Shown here one piece after another: positions 9,832 to 19,897 of a DNA stretch of 32,081 bases. The DNA is taken from the sequence record NZ_CP063125.1. One strand, written 5' to 3'. This DNA is from a plasmid. A program made the translations under genes and the position numbers. How positions within the stretch are numbered: position 1 is the first letter of the stretch; every line of letters starts with the position of its first letter. The notes beneath the pieces are model-generated. The model did no database searches. It saw only the letters and a list, made by a program, of their open reading frames with translations, and had not been told where the DNA came from.

Positions 9832-10864
9832 AAAGCAACTCCAATTTTTTCTCTGGCTCAAATAAAAGCTCTGTCATATAGGTATTTTTAAAGTAACAAA
9901 TCACATCTAGCGACGTACTTAATGTTTTTTGTATATAGGCTTCGCCTAATACTTTCCCTATATCAGACTGCATAACAAGCGTAGTTAAGCGCGGAATTGT
10001 TGCTCTTGTATCGTTAGCGTGCGTTGATGTAATACTTCCACTATGACCCGTATTAAGGGCTTCAAAATAGTTCCAGGTTTCATCGCCCCGTAACTCTGTT
10101 AAAAACAAGTGATCGGGTTTCATACGCATTGCAGACTTAATGAGTTCTTTAGGGCTTATACCGCCGGTTTTTTGGTAATCTGAATCAAAAAATAAATGCA
10201 AATGGTTTTTGTGATAAGGTAAAGATAGTTCGTGAACGTCTTCGAGCGTGATAATTCGGCGATCACGCGGGAACAAGTCTGCGTAAGTTTTCGCAAACGT
10301 TGTTTTACCTGAACCTGTACCACCGACCGCAATCACATTTAAATAATGTTCTGCGGCGATTTTGAAAAAACTGGCATAATCGCCCGTTTTTTGGCATTTT
10401 TTCATTTCTTGCATATAATCCGGAATTGAACCTTTTTGATAGGCTTCGGCTTCCTTGATTTTGCTAAATCGCCCGGAATTTTGATAATCCTCGAGAGTGA
10501 ATCGGCTTTTTGAGGGTTTTCGCAAGGTAAATGAAATCGTATTTGCCTCTGTTGCAGGGGCAGTGATAATCTGCCCCCGTTCGCCGTCCGGTAATACAAC
10601 CGACGCAATCGGATTGTTTGCGTCTAATGTATTATGTAAACCACTAAATACGGTAAGTGTATCAGCAAGGGCTTTCAAATTTTTGTAGTTTGTTTCCGGC
10701 GCGTCTTCGTATTCCCAACCGTTACCGCGTTCAAAAAAGATCGTTCCTCCTTGATTAACAGCTACCTCTGTTATTCCGTCCATATCCAAAAATTTCTGAA
10801 TACCGACTTTTTTTAGTAGAGAACGTGCAACGGTGGAGCGATCAATTTGTGATAATTCTTCCAT
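9824..10864 (-). CDS. virB11: VirB11-family secretion ATPase
   Basis: The Walker A motif GGTGSGKTT is present and the length is 346 aa. The gene lies directly upstream of the coupling-protein gene. Confidence 0.9.
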   Translation of the reverse strand: MEELSQIDRSTVARSLLKKVGIQKFLDMDGITEVAVNQGGTIFFERGNGWEYEDAPETNYKNLKALADTLTVFSGLHNTLDANNPIASVVLPDGERGQIITAPATEANTISFTLRKPSKSRFTLEDYQNSGRFSKIKEAEAYQKGSIPDYMQEMKKCQKTGDYASFFKIAAEHYLNVIAVGGTGSGKTTFAKTYADLFPRDRRIITLEDVHELSLPYHKNHLHLFFDSDYQKTGGISPKELIKSAMRMKPDHLFLTELRGDETWNYFEALNTGHSGSITSTHANDTRATIPRLTTLVMQSDIGKVLGEAYIQKTLSTSLDVICYFKNTYMTELLFEPEKKLELLYG

Positions 10865-10878
10865 TTTTGCCCTTTCCC

Positions 10879-12045
10879 TTATTTCAAGCTATATACATCA
10901 GAAAAATCAACGTCGCGAGCGACGAGAATGTTCACCATTTGACCTTGATTCGCATAGCCTGTCGGTTGAATGTTGATACTGTTTTCAAGGGCAATTTCAG
11001 CCATTCTTCCCGTATTTCTTTCGCTATTATCATAAACAACATTATTATTGTTATTTCTTGAGGCAATTTGTGAACCCGTAGCCAAAGCGTCTTGAATAAA
11101 TGAAAGTAAAATTGCTCCACCGAAGCGTTTACCCCATTTTTCATCAACCCATACATCAATTCCACTCGCGCCTAAACTGTCTGTGCCTAAGCTGTCAATA
11201 CGAATACGAATGCCGTTTGGCGTATCAATTTCAGACCAGTTCACAAACGCCATATTTTGACCTGTAATAATGGCGTTTTTTTGTTCGCCAAATACCTTAC
11301 TTCCGCGTTCAATCAATAAAGTTGAACCATCGGCAGAATAGATCGGTTTTGTTACCTGGCAAATTAAAATGCTCGGGTTGTCGGTTACTAATCTTGTTTG
11401 TAATACGCAAGGAATTTGCGTGCCGTGAATCAATAACAATTCACGGTTGCGTAATTGTCTTGTTGAGCCGTTGGCATAAATACCACCGGCTAATTTATCT
11501 GACAATCCATTTGCATTTTCGCTGTTCTTTCCTTTACTTGATAAGTTAAGTAAACCTACGCCCTCTAATTTTCGTTTTTCAGGCGAATCACGATCATCTT
11601 TTTCTTGCGCTACCGGTTGCGCGGTCGTTTTAGCGACTGCAGCTTGTACTTCTTGTTTTTGTAGTGCTTCACGCGCAAGACGATCACGCTCTTCTTGTTC
11701 TCGGCGTAACCTCTCTTGCTCTTCCCGTTCACGGCGACGGCGTTCAGCCTCTTCTTTCTCTTTAATGTTCGCCATAATATCAGCAAGCGACGCGTCGTTA
11801 GATTGTTTCGTGACTAACGCCTCATCTTGCTTAATTTGTGCCTGTGCTTCTTCTTCGGATTGATCCGGCATAATATAAAAAGCACCTAGCGCGCCAACAA
11901 TCGCCACCGCAACGAGAGCCAATACACCGTTAATTAAATTTTGAACATTCTTTTTACGAGGTACGCCGTCCTCAATGATGTTACGATTTAAATTCGCATT
12001 GCCTTCATCAAGTGAGGTAATTTGTCCTTTGTTATCGTTACTCAT
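10879..12045 (-). CDS. virB10: VirB10/TrbI-family inner-outer membrane bridging protein
   Basis: The protein has an N-terminal TM helix, a charged E/R-rich coiled region, and a C-terminal conserved TrbI-like domain. It occupies the expected operon position between virB9 and virB11, overlapping the virB9 stop. Confidence 0.8.
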   Translation of the reverse strand: MSNDNKGQITSLDEGNANLNRNIIEDGVPRKKNVQNLINGVLALVAVAIVGALGAFYIMPDQSEEEAQAQIKQDEALVTKQSNDASLADIMANIKEKEEAERRRREREEQERLRREQEERDRLAREALQKQEVQAAVAKTTAQPVAQEKDDRDSPEKRKLEGVGLLNLSSKGKNSENANGLSDKLAGGIYANGSTRQLRNRELLLIHGTQIPCVLQTRLVTDNPSILICQVTKPIYSADGSTLLIERGSKVFGEQKNAIITGQNMAFVNWSEIDTPNGIRIRIDSLGTDSLGASGIDVWVDEKWGKRFGGAILLSFIQDALATGSQIASRNNNNNVVYDNSERNTGRMAEIALENSINIQPTGYANQGQMVNILVARDVDFSDVYSLK

Positions 12046-12805
12046 TGATAACCTCCCTTACTTTTCCGTTGGTTGTTCCTGTGATATTTGCAGATTGTGG
12101 TTTTAATCTATCTGTTTTCACACCGGCAACAAGATCGCCCAAGCGTAATCTAAATTCCGGATTGATTTCGTGAATTACGATATAATCGTTTTCAACGTGA
12201 GAATTGACTAATCCCTCTTTGCCGTCCGGTAATTTTTTGAAAACTACCGGCATATCTGAACCTGGTCTGATTCTCATACAGGTAAATAAACCATTATCCC
12301 AGACTTCCACCGGGAACAAGTCTTTATCGCCTTGTGCAAAATAACGATAGTTTTGCACCGTGCCGGAACAAGGTCTTGCTTGATAAACACTATTTTTGTT
12401 TTTATTTTCAGGGTAATTAAAACGAACAGACCAATCGGCGGCGTTTTTATTTCTCACACTACGCAAATTAAATTGATAAGTTCGTTTATTGGTAACAACG
12501 ACCATATTTGTATCAGGCTCAATCGCAATCGGTCGAATCCACAAGTTATTTGCTTTTAAATTGGCGTCCCACGCTTGAGGATCACCAATAGCAACACCGC
12601 CTTCATCGGCTGACACAAACTCACTCGGGCTAAATTGGATCAGGGTTGTAATTCCCGTAGCCACGTTGATTCGAGTAACATTATCGGGATTATAGGTAAT
12701 GTTTTTAATACGTTTATCGTATCCTGTACCTTTAGGCGAAACTTCACCGTAAGCTAAAGGCGCAATGACGCATAAACTTAATGCGGCAACTAAAAATTTT
12801 TTCAT
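12038..12805 (-). CDS. virB9: VirB9-family outer-membrane core protein
   Basis: The signal peptide is MKKFLVAALSLCVIAPLAYG. The protein is 255 aa and sits in the expected operon position. Confidence 0.75.
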   Translation of the reverse strand: MKKFLVAALSLCVIAPLAYGEVSPKGTGYDKRIKNITYNPDNVTRINVATGITTLIQFSPSEFVSADEGGVAIGDPQAWDANLKANNLWIRPIAIEPDTNMVVVTNKRTYQFNLRSVRNKNAADWSVRFNYPENKNKNSVYQARPCSGTVQNYRYFAQGDKDLFPVEVWDNGLFTCMRIRPGSDMPVVFKKLPDGKEGLVNSHVENDYIVIHEINPEFRLRLGDLVAGVKTDRLKPQSANITGTTNGKVREVINE

Positions 12806-12807
12806 AA

Positions 12808-13593
12808 TTATTGCCCTTTGATGTTTTCAGAATCCACGCGGTAACTTGTTGTTTCAAATCCTAACGGGTTTGAACGACGATCTTTTTCTAACTTAATTTC
12901 TTTTTTATAGTCAAAAGAGAGCGTTGCAAGCCAATTTGTAACGGGATAAACTGTATCGGGTTGTCCGTTTGCGTCTAATACCGTTTTAGAAAAACGGACT
13001 TGTCCGATATTGTTGATAAATGACACGGATAATACTTCCACGCGAACCTTTTTATCTTCCTTAAAGGTATTTACAGGGGATTTTGCGCTAGTAATATAAG
13101 CGTTATATTCAGCAAATACGTTTGGCGCGCTCATCAATTTTACTCGGTCAAAGGAATTTTGAATGAGCTGCCAATCGTATGATTCTCGTTCAATAATATA
13201 TTGAGCTAACCAGTATTTATCTACTACCTCACCGTATGTTGTAGATTGTGAATCAGAAATAGGCTGTACAATATCAACTGCACCAGTATTATTATCAACG
13301 CGTAATACAAAAGGTTCTGATTTTTTTAACGGTGTAAGTCCAGCAACCGCGACAACCCCCGCAAGCCCGATCACCGCACCAACTGCACCAACACTTAAAC
13401 CAACGCGACCCATTGCCTTGTGAAATTGAATGCGATCAGCTTCATATTTTTTCTTACTATCTAAATGTTCGCGCGTTTTTTTACTTAATTCTTGTCGTTC
13501 TTTTCCGGATTCGATATGTTCAGTTTCGGACTTTTTCTCGGATAGAATTAAGTCTTTATTTTCATTTTTTGCTTTCTTCTTAAACCACGCCAT
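12808..13593 (-). CDS. virB8: VirB8-family bitopic inner-membrane protein
   Basis: A single TM helix (GLSVGAVGAVIGLAGVVAVAGL) follows a charged N-terminal segment, and the C-terminus has a periplasmic NTF2-like-sized domain. The start has an AAGGGAG SD. Confidence 0.7.
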   Translation of the reverse strand: MAWFKKKAKNENKDLILSEKKSETEHIESGKERQELSKKTREHLDSKKKYEADRIQFHKAMGRVGLSVGAVGAVIGLAGVVAVAGLTPLKKSEPFVLRVDNNTGAVDIVQPISDSQSTTYGEVVDKYWLAQYIIERESYDWQLIQNSFDRVKLMSAPNVFAEYNAYITSAKSPVNTFKEDKKVRVEVLSVSFINNIGQVRFSKTVLDANGQPDTVYPVTNWLATLSFDYKKEIKLEKDRRSNPLGFETTSYRVDSENIKGQ

Positions 13594-13607
13594 AAAATTA
13601 AACTCCC

Positions 13608-13745
13608 TTAGATTGTGTTATTTTCTTGATAGTATTGCGGATTATTGATCTGAATCCATTTGCCCGATGGTTCTTTTACTTTGGGCGGCGATGAACACGC
13701 CGCTAAAAGAATGCTTGTTGTAATAATTAAAATGAGTTTTTTCAT
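13608..13745 (-). CDS. virB7: VirB7-like small outer-membrane lipoprotein (45 aa). It is not in the supplied ORF track because it falls below the 60-aa cutoff
   Basis: The minus-strand ORF is ATGAAAAAACTCATTTTAATT...TGTTCA..., which translates to MKKLILIITTSILLAACSSPPKVKEPSGKWIQINNPQYYQENNTI. It has a lipobox L-A-A-C. It fills the gap between virB6 and virB8 exactly where virB7 is expected. Confidence 0.55.
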   Translation of the reverse strand: MKKLILIITTSILLAACSSPPKVKEPSGKWIQINNPQYYQENNTI

Positions 13746-13747
13746 AA

Positions 13748-14770
13748 TTAAGCTCCGGCTTTACCTTTTCCTATATTTTTTACTGCGTCTATGCGTTTTT
13801 TCCAACGCTTAGGCAAGCTGTCCGTACCTTCTCCTTTTTGCGCAGTAGAACGTCTTCCCTGAAAAAAATTTCTAGTTGCTCCATCACGTCTAAATAATCC
13901 GCCGGCGCCTCTTAATCCCATTCTCATTAAACCGGCAGCAGCACCAAACATACCTCCGGCAGTAAATGGACTAATCCCAACGCCTCCGGTTAGTGAAGAA
14001 ACTAAGGTAGGAATTTGATTAAGTGCAAAAACAATAATCAATGTTGCTATAAGAATGTTTAAATACGCTGCACCTGAACCTGCTTCTAAACGTGTTGTAA
14101 GAAACTTAGAAATCATTACAACCGCAGCAGAATAAAGCACGTTAAGTAAAATGTAGTTAAAACAAAGCCCCGTAAACGATGTGAACATATTTCTTGTTGA
14201 TGGAAATAAAGCAAATCCAACAAAAAGAATCCCTACACTTAAAAGAAGATTTACCATTATCTTTGCAAGTAATAAATTCACTGCAATAGCGATGGAAAAA
14301 ATTAGTTTAGCAAGTTCCAAAACGGCGATTTTCATACCTGCATTTAATACAGGGCTTAAACCGTCAGTAAGACCTAATTCATCCCATTTTTTATAAGCTG
14401 GCTCTAATTCTTTATCAAAAAGTGAAACTATCGTATCTATTGTATTTGTGCTGTTTTGTGAAGATGATGTGATCGCTTTTGCCAATTCATCGCCTGAATT
14501 TTGGACAAAAGGAATCACTGAATCTGTGTAATAACTTCCTCCGAAAGAAAATGCACCGACTAAAACAATTAAGGCAACTTGATTTAGGAGGTCATTTAAA
14601 ATGACCCCACCTTGATTGTTTATCTTCCATACAACATAAACAACATAAAGCCCAACACAAGCAACGTATAAAGGTTGTACTCCTTTTGCAAAGCTCGTTG
14701 CCATCGTGGCTGTTTCGCTGCTAAATGCCGTTACTATTTCCGTATAAATCGTTGAAACGAAAGAAGACAT
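13748..14770 (-). CDS. virB6: VirB6-family polytopic inner-membrane protein
   Basis: The protein is 340 aa with at least 5 hydrophobic helices. The start has an AAGGAG SD. The operon position fits. Confidence 0.7.
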   Translation of the reverse strand: MSSFVSTIYTEIVTAFSSETATMATSFAKGVQPLYVACVGLYVVYVVWKINNQGGVILNDLLNQVALIVLVGAFSFGGSYYTDSVIPFVQNSGDELAKAITSSSQNSTNTIDTIVSLFDKELEPAYKKWDELGLTDGLSPVLNAGMKIAVLELAKLIFSIAIAVNLLLAKIMVNLLLSVGILFVGFALFPSTRNMFTSFTGLCFNYILLNVLYSAAVVMISKFLTTRLEAGSGAAYLNILIATLIIVFALNQIPTLVSSLTGGVGISPFTAGGMFGAAAGLMRMGLRGAGGLFRRDGATRNFFQGRRSTAQKGEGTDSLPKRWKKRIDAVKNIGKGKAGA

Positions 14771-14787
14771 ATCTTCTCCTTAAATGA

Positions 14788-15471
14788 TTAGTAACCAAAT
14801 TTAGCCTTAAAATTTTCAGCTTTTCTGTTTTCTTCCTTCTTATAATCTTCCATTGCTTGACGATGTTGTAATTCAATGTTACGTTCAAAGCTCTTTTCAG
14901 CTTCGCTCATTGCAAGCTGTTCTTGATCGTAACGTAGTTTTTCAATCGCTAATTTATTCGCTACGTCTTGCTTTTGCGCCGGTGTTTGAGCGGAATCAGC
15001 CAAAACTTTTAAATTGTCTAAGTTTTTGATTCGGCTTTCGATTTTTTTCAGATATTTTTTAGAAAAATCTGTATAAGAAATGAGCTTGTCAAACTGCTTT
15101 TGAACTTCCGGATTATCAGATACTAAGCCATAAGATTCGCGTAATTGCGAAAGACTTTCGCCTGTTAAGCTAATTACATCGTTAGTTAAATCTGGGATAG
15201 AGTTTAGAAATGAATCCCCTCTTAACAAATCAGCGATTCCCATATTTCCCTCTAATCGACGTTTTGTGTCGTTTGCAAAATCGCGGTACTGCTGAATTTG
15301 TGTTTGTGCAGCCTGTAATTGTTGCTGTAACTGAGCAAGTTTTTGCATATCACCCGATACAATCGCAGAAAGTGTAGCACCATCAACGGTAGGGACTCCG
15401 CCTGCAAAAGATTGACTTGTAGTAAATGCCATTGTGAGTGCAATTAAGGTCGGTTTGATAACGTTTTTCAT
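14788..15471 (-). CDS. virB5: VirB5-family minor pilus/adhesin subunit
   Basis: The signal peptide is MKNVIKPTLIALTMAFTTSQSFA. The protein is 227 aa, helical and Q-rich. The start has a GGAG SD. The operon position fits. Confidence 0.65.
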   Translation of the reverse strand: MKNVIKPTLIALTMAFTTSQSFAGGVPTVDGATLSAIVSGDMQKLAQLQQQLQAAQTQIQQYRDFANDTKRRLEGNMGIADLLRGDSFLNSIPDLTNDVISLTGESLSQLRESYGLVSDNPEVQKQFDKLISYTDFSKKYLKKIESRIKNLDNLKVLADSAQTPAQKQDVANKLAIEKLRYDQEQLAMSEAEKSFERNIELQHRQAMEDYKKEENRKAENFKAKFGY

Positions 15472-15492
15472 ATTAAATCTCCATTGAGTTAA

Positions 15493-17907
15493 TTAAATTG
15501 ATTCTGTTGGTTTACCATTCGCTTGTTCAAAGCGTTTTTGTTTCATTCTTTCTAAGAATGGTTCAATCCAGTTATTCGGATTATCGCCGTAGATTTGACG
15601 AATTTTTTCACATTCAATTTGTCCTTCCGTTGTACCGGAAATAATCGGGAAAAACTCGCTGCAATGGCTTAAATCAAAGTGTAGTAATGTCGAATAAATC
15701 CCTTGTTTAACAAGCATCTTGCGACTTTCTTTATCTAAACTGGAAAGAATAGCAAAATCTTTTTCTGTTAAGCCTACGCGTTTATAACCAATCATTTCAT
15801 CATCATAAACGGCTTCCGGATTCGGCAGCATAATCTTCGTTGGTGTTTGCTCTACAATCGCCGGGAAAATTTCACACTGAATTGCGTCCGCCGGAGATTG
15901 TGAAACAAGACCGATAAATTCGCCGGTTAAACGCCCCGTCTTTAATGTTTGCTTAATCATATTTTGGGTTGTAGGGTAATTACACGGCATATAAAACTCT
16001 TCAACAATCGTGAGTAAGCGACGACCTGATTTTTTCATTAAATTTTTATAAAATAATAGAATCGCTAAAATTGGCTCTGTTGCCGGGTGATCTTTAGTTT
16101 CCAAAATAACACTTGTATCAAAGCCGATTTTGTCAAACTCATAAGGATTAAATAAGTTTTTCGGACTATCAACCGTCCAGGCTAAATCGCCATCTGTAAA
16201 ATAGCACCACCGCGCTAAACGAGCATAAAGCTCAGAACTTGTTGGAATACTTTGTAACACTAAACTGAAACGGCGTTGTTCTAGTGGTAAAAGCATAACC
16301 GCGTCCACAGCATTTTTAATATCAAGATACTCCATATCGGAAACTAATCCGCGATAATCTTTCGCGCAGCTTGCAACAAATTGATATAGGAATTGAAGTA
16401 ATGCCGGGCTTGCATTTTCTTCTAATTGGAACGGGTTTAATCCTGTAGGCACACCGCTTTCAAGTGTGAAGTAAGTTCCGCCGTAAGCGCGAACATAAAG
16501 CTCTGTTGAACGTTTGTAATCAACCACAAATAATTGAGGGTTAAAACGCTGTAAAAAGGCGACAAACATAGCTTCAAAAGTTGTTTTACCTGTACCAGTT
16601 GCCCCTAACATTAAAAAGTGTCCGGCAATCATTTGTCCGATCACATTTTTATCCAATTCGGAATAATGCGTATTCATATAATATAAGCCTTGTGTTGGCG
16701 TTTTAATTGGCATAATTGCCGAACCATCGCCAAGAGGATTATATTCAGCTTTACCGCTGAAAAAGTTGTGAAGTGAAAAACCGCAAGCAAGTGATGTACT
16801 CGGTCTAGCACTATTTACAGGACGGTACTTTGAAGCCGGCATTACACTTAAAAAGGCAAACATAGCGTCTAACGTAGCACGCGACCAACGCGCACCTAAG
16901 CCTTTATCGGTAAAGGCTGAAATCACGCGTGAGCCGTTTTGTACGGCTTCCTTTGCAGTATTGCCAAAAATAAGCATTGCTGCTTGATAATCGCCAAACG
17001 TAATTTCACCAGTACTAAGAAAGGCTTGCGCCATCTCAAGTTCTTCAAGTTCGCGCACCGCATTATCGCCGGCAGAATCTAAGCGGTTAATTTGACGGTC
17101 AATTTGGTTAATTGTCTTTTGTGAAGTCGTGAAAATAAATGACTGTGATAAAATAAACTCATACGGCAACTCTAATAAAAAATCCCACATTCCGGCTCGC
17201 GTTTCTGCCGGATAACCTTTTAACAGGTAAGCTGTGCCATATTTTGATTTTGTGCTTGATTTTGAACGCACTTCAAAAAAATCATAGTTAAAAAACCAGT
17301 CGCTATCACAAATTGAATCAATTACCTCTTCATCATTGAGCGGTAATTGGACTTCATTTAAATTTAGTAAATAAGATAAAAATTCATTATTTTTGCAAAG
17401 GCTAACACTTTCGTTAATATCAACGACTTTTAGTATTGTGCCGTTGTAACGTCGAATCATTGTGCTTGATAATTCTGCGATAGCGTCGCATTTTGCTAAC
17501 CCATCGTTAATATCGCTGTATTTCAACACAAACGTAATATAGTAATGCGTGTTATAAAAATTATTGTTGTCGTTCTTAAATGTTGTAAGGTAAGTATCAA
17601 CAAGATTCTGAACGAATGGTGATTCAAATTGATAGTCTTTGTCAAAATGCGCTTTTTTCTTAACAATATGCGTCCATACGCCTAAATTTCCGCCGTATTC
17701 TTTGCCAAGATTCAAGAAAAAGTCATCAAGACTTGTGAAGTAACTATATAATGTTTTGTCTGAAACAGATGTATGAGATGTACCGGTTAGCTCAAGTGTA
17801 AAAATCATTTTATCTTGAGCCGTAATCACATATTCATTGATATTATTGCGATAGTCAGGCAATAAATTTTTAATCGAACTAACGTTTCTTAAATTGTCGG
17901 CGCGCAT
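15493..17907 (-). CDS. virB4: VirB4-family T4SS ATPase
   Basis: The protein is 804 aa with the Walker A motif GATGTGKTT. Its start overlaps the end of virB3. Confidence 0.9.
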   Translation of the reverse strand: MRADNLRNVSSIKNLLPDYRNNINEYVITAQDKMIFTLELTGTSHTSVSDKTLYSYFTSLDDFFLNLGKEYGGNLGVWTHIVKKKAHFDKDYQFESPFVQNLVDTYLTTFKNDNNNFYNTHYYITFVLKYSDINDGLAKCDAIAELSSTMIRRYNGTILKVVDINESVSLCKNNEFLSYLLNLNEVQLPLNDEEVIDSICDSDWFFNYDFFEVRSKSSTKSKYGTAYLLKGYPAETRAGMWDFLLELPYEFILSQSFIFTTSQKTINQIDRQINRLDSAGDNAVRELEELEMAQAFLSTGEITFGDYQAAMLIFGNTAKEAVQNGSRVISAFTDKGLGARWSRATLDAMFAFLSVMPASKYRPVNSARPSTSLACGFSLHNFFSGKAEYNPLGDGSAIMPIKTPTQGLYYMNTHYSELDKNVIGQMIAGHFLMLGATGTGKTTFEAMFVAFLQRFNPQLFVVDYKRSTELYVRAYGGTYFTLESGVPTGLNPFQLEENASPALLQFLYQFVASCAKDYRGLVSDMEYLDIKNAVDAVMLLPLEQRRFSLVLQSIPTSSELYARLARWCYFTDGDLAWTVDSPKNLFNPYEFDKIGFDTSVILETKDHPATEPILAILLFYKNLMKKSGRRLLTIVEEFYMPCNYPTTQNMIKQTLKTGRLTGEFIGLVSQSPADAIQCEIFPAIVEQTPTKIMLPNPEAVYDDEMIGYKRVGLTEKDFAILSSLDKESRKMLVKQGIYSTLLHFDLSHCSEFFPIISGTTEGQIECEKIRQIYGDNPNNWIEPFLERMKQKRFEQANGKPTESI

Positions 17908-18238
17908 TGTATTTTTCTCTTTTTAAATCATCATCGCTTGATAAGCAAATTACTTTATTGTTACCTTGAAAGAGCTTGACAAAGAACGCCCGAACTTGCC
18001 ACTTAATTTGAGCAAGTGCATTCGGATTATCTTCACAAGCAATTTTTAAAAAGAACAAATAAATAAAACTAATAATAGGAATAGGTAGTGCATAAGTTGT
18101 CATTTCATAGAAACTAGCTATCATTACTGAAAAAACACTTATACCACCTAAAATTAACGTTGGCATAAGTGGTGTACCTATTACCTTAACAACGGCGGGT
18201 CGATTCATACCGTTAAATGATGGATATTTTTCTTCCAT
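17879..18238 (-). CDS. virB3: VirB3-family small membrane protein
   Basis: The start has an AGGAGG SD. The protein is 119 aa with two hydrophobic segments. It lies between the pilin and the virB4 ATPase. Confidence 0.6.
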   Translation of the reverse strand: MEEKYPSFNGMNRPAVVKVIGTPLMPTLILGGISVFSVMIASFYEMTTYALPIPIISFIYLFFLKIACEDNPNALAQIKWQVRAFFVKLFQGNNKVICLSSDDDLKREKYNARRQFKKR

Positions 18239-18298
18239 TAACGCCTCCTATTTTTAAGTATTCAAGGTAAGTTTTTACCTTGAATACAATATATTGAA

Positions 18299-18607
18299 TT
18301 ATGAAAAAATCCCTTGTGCCCAAGTTACGCCTTTTACGATACCGCCGGCAATCGCACCATAAACGAATGCCATAGCAACGTCAGCCCACGAACCGCGGTG
18401 CATAAGTGCCATAATTATGCAGTACATAGCGTAAATAAGTGTCGCAACAAGGATAAAACCATAAAGCCACGTTTTAACTTCATTTGCTTTGTCTGTTGCG
18501 GCATCTAAACCGCCGGCATAAGCACCAGGAATAAAAAAGATAAGTGCTGCAATGGCAAGAAGAGCCAAAACATTTAATGCACTTTGTTGTTTTTGAGTTA
18601 AGGTCAT
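18299..18607 (-). CDS. virB2: VirB2-family pilin precursor
   Basis: The start is taken at ATG 18607 (AAGGA SD), giving MTLTQKQQSALNVLALLAIAALIFFIPGAYAGG.... The protein has a long signal/leader and two hydrophobic helices, which is typical pilin architecture. Confidence 0.65.
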   Translation of the reverse strand: MTLTQKQQSALNVLALLAIAALIFFIPGAYAGGLDAATDKANEVKTWLYGFILVATLIYAMYCIIMALMHRGSWADVAMAFVYGAIAGGIVKGVTWAQGIFS

Positions 18608-18624
18608 ATACGTTTTCCTTAAGT

Positions 18625-19302
18625 TTATCTTCTGAAATCCCCAAACACGTCCCACGGTTTAGCCGGAGGGGGAGGAGTTTGAGGGGCTTGAATTGAGGTT
18701 GTTTGTTGAGCTGCAACCTCATTTGACGGAGAACCTGAACTATCAGATTCAGTCAAAGGCTTGATAGCCGGAACTTTATAAGTCTTTGCGGCGGATTTAT
18801 TGATACGATCAACATAAGAAGAACCGTCTTTCTCTTTTTTAAATCCGCGAATCTCATTACCTGAATAGTAACAAGACGCGGCTAGACGTAATAAATCTTG
18901 TTCCGGTTTATTTGGATTGTTTTTTTGTGCCGACGCATAACAGGCTTTAAATATGCCGGCTCCGGCTTCAATGTTCTTGCACGCCTGGAACATATTCGAC
19001 TTATTCATACCGTATTCAGTAAAGTTCTTGCTATTTACTTGCATTAAACCCACGGAATAGCTACGGTGTTTTGTCGGGTGATTTTCCAACTTAGCAATCG
19101 TTTGCAATGCCTCATCTTCTGATTGAGGCTGCTTAAACTTGAATTTATCCTCCTCTTTCACGTCGCTATCATAAACGACTGCGATTGCATAAGGGTTGCG
19201 ACTACTTTCAACACCAATGACAGTATGCAGTGTTTCCGGTGCAACATCAGTAGCGCATTGTGCAAATAAGCTAAGTAACATTTGTGTAGATAATGAAGCC
19301 AT
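18625..19302 (-). CDS. virB1: VirB1-family lytic transglycosylase
   Basis: The SLT-domain motifs VIGVESSRNPYA and GLMQVN are present. The protein is 225 aa and is the first enzyme gene of the operon. Confidence 0.8.
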   Translation of the reverse strand: MASLSTQMLLSLFAQCATDVAPETLHTVIGVESSRNPYAIAVVYDSDVKEEDKFKFKQPQSEDEALQTIAKLENHPTKHRSYSVGLMQVNSKNFTEYGMNKSNMFQACKNIEAGAGIFKACYASAQKNNPNKPEQDLLRLAASCYYSGNEIRGFKKEKDGSSYVDRINKSAAKTYKVPAIKPLTESDSSGSPSNEVAAQQTTSIQAPQTPPPPAKPWDVFGDFRR

Positions 19303-19308
19303 AATACT

Positions 19309-19665
19309 TTATTTTTTTACATTTAATTTGGTATAAACATTGCCATTATTGACTTGTGTATAAGTGCTGTCGGTGATTTTTGCTCTAATATGTCCTGAAA
19401 GCTCATAGATTTCACCATTTTCAATTTTTACCGTTCTAGTGGAGTTATCGCCTGTTGGTGTTCCATTGCTTCTTTTAGCTATGAAGCGTTCAATATAATT
19501 ATTCTCTTTTTGTGTTTTTTCTAATTCTTTAATATAAGTAAAATCACCTTCTTGCCGTACATAAACACCGCTATAATCCTTTGCCTCTTCTTTACACGCC
19601 GTTAAAGATAATGCTGCAATGCCAATCACGACCACACTTTTTAACAATTTTACTAACTTAATCAT
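19309..19665 (-). CDS. Lipoprotein of unknown function (118 aa) leading the T4SS operon
   Basis: The start is taken at ATG 19665 with an AGGAG SD, giving MIKLVKLLKSVVVIGIAALSLTAC (lipobox LTAC). The ORF-track N-terminal extension overlaps the upstream gene and is ignored. Confidence 0.5.
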   Translation of the reverse strand: MIKLVKLLKSVVVIGIAALSLTACKEEAKDYSGVYVRQEGDFTYIKELEKTQKENNYIERFIAKRSNGTPTGDNSTRTVKIENGEIYELSGHIRAKITDSTYTQVNNGNVYTKLNVKK

Positions 19666-19897
19666 TTTTGCTCTCCTTCTTCTCTGTTCTTTCCATTTTC
19701 TTTCTAAGTTCGTTTTCCACAAATTCCTCAACGATTGAAGGGGTTAAGTATTTGTCCAAAACAAAGTTTAAAACATCACTCACTTTGATTGGGCGACCGC
19801 ACTCTTGAGCTATCGCCACGGCAAGAGATTCAGCCATTGTTTTACGCGTGCCTGCAACTCTAAACGTCGTTGCCTCGGGTCTTTTCTTGATTGCCAT
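19658..19897 (-). CDS. Small basic protein (79 aa) and first gene of the T4SS operon. It may be a transcriptional regulator
   Basis: The start is taken at ATG 19897 with a GGAG SD, giving MAIKKRPEATTFRVAGTRKTMAESLAVAIAQE.... The protein has no TM segment. It is followed by a roughly 1 kb noncoding region carrying the operon promoter. Confidence 0.4.
   Translation of the reverse strand: MAIKKRPEATTFRVAGTRKTMAESLAVAIAQECGRPIKVSDVLNFVLDKYLTPSIVEEFVENELRKKMERTEKKESKND

Noticed and set aside
8005-9861. Long-form starts given by the ORF track for virD4 (9861), virB2 (18655), the lipoprotein (19731), the regulator (19924), the RHH partner (21629) and mobC (41).
   Set aside because: Several of these are TTG codons or overlap the upstream gene extensively. 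Internal ATGs with canonical SDs (9831, 18607, 19665, 19897, 21644) give sensible N-termini (signal peptide, lipobox). The mobC start is uncertain because the frame is open to the window edge.
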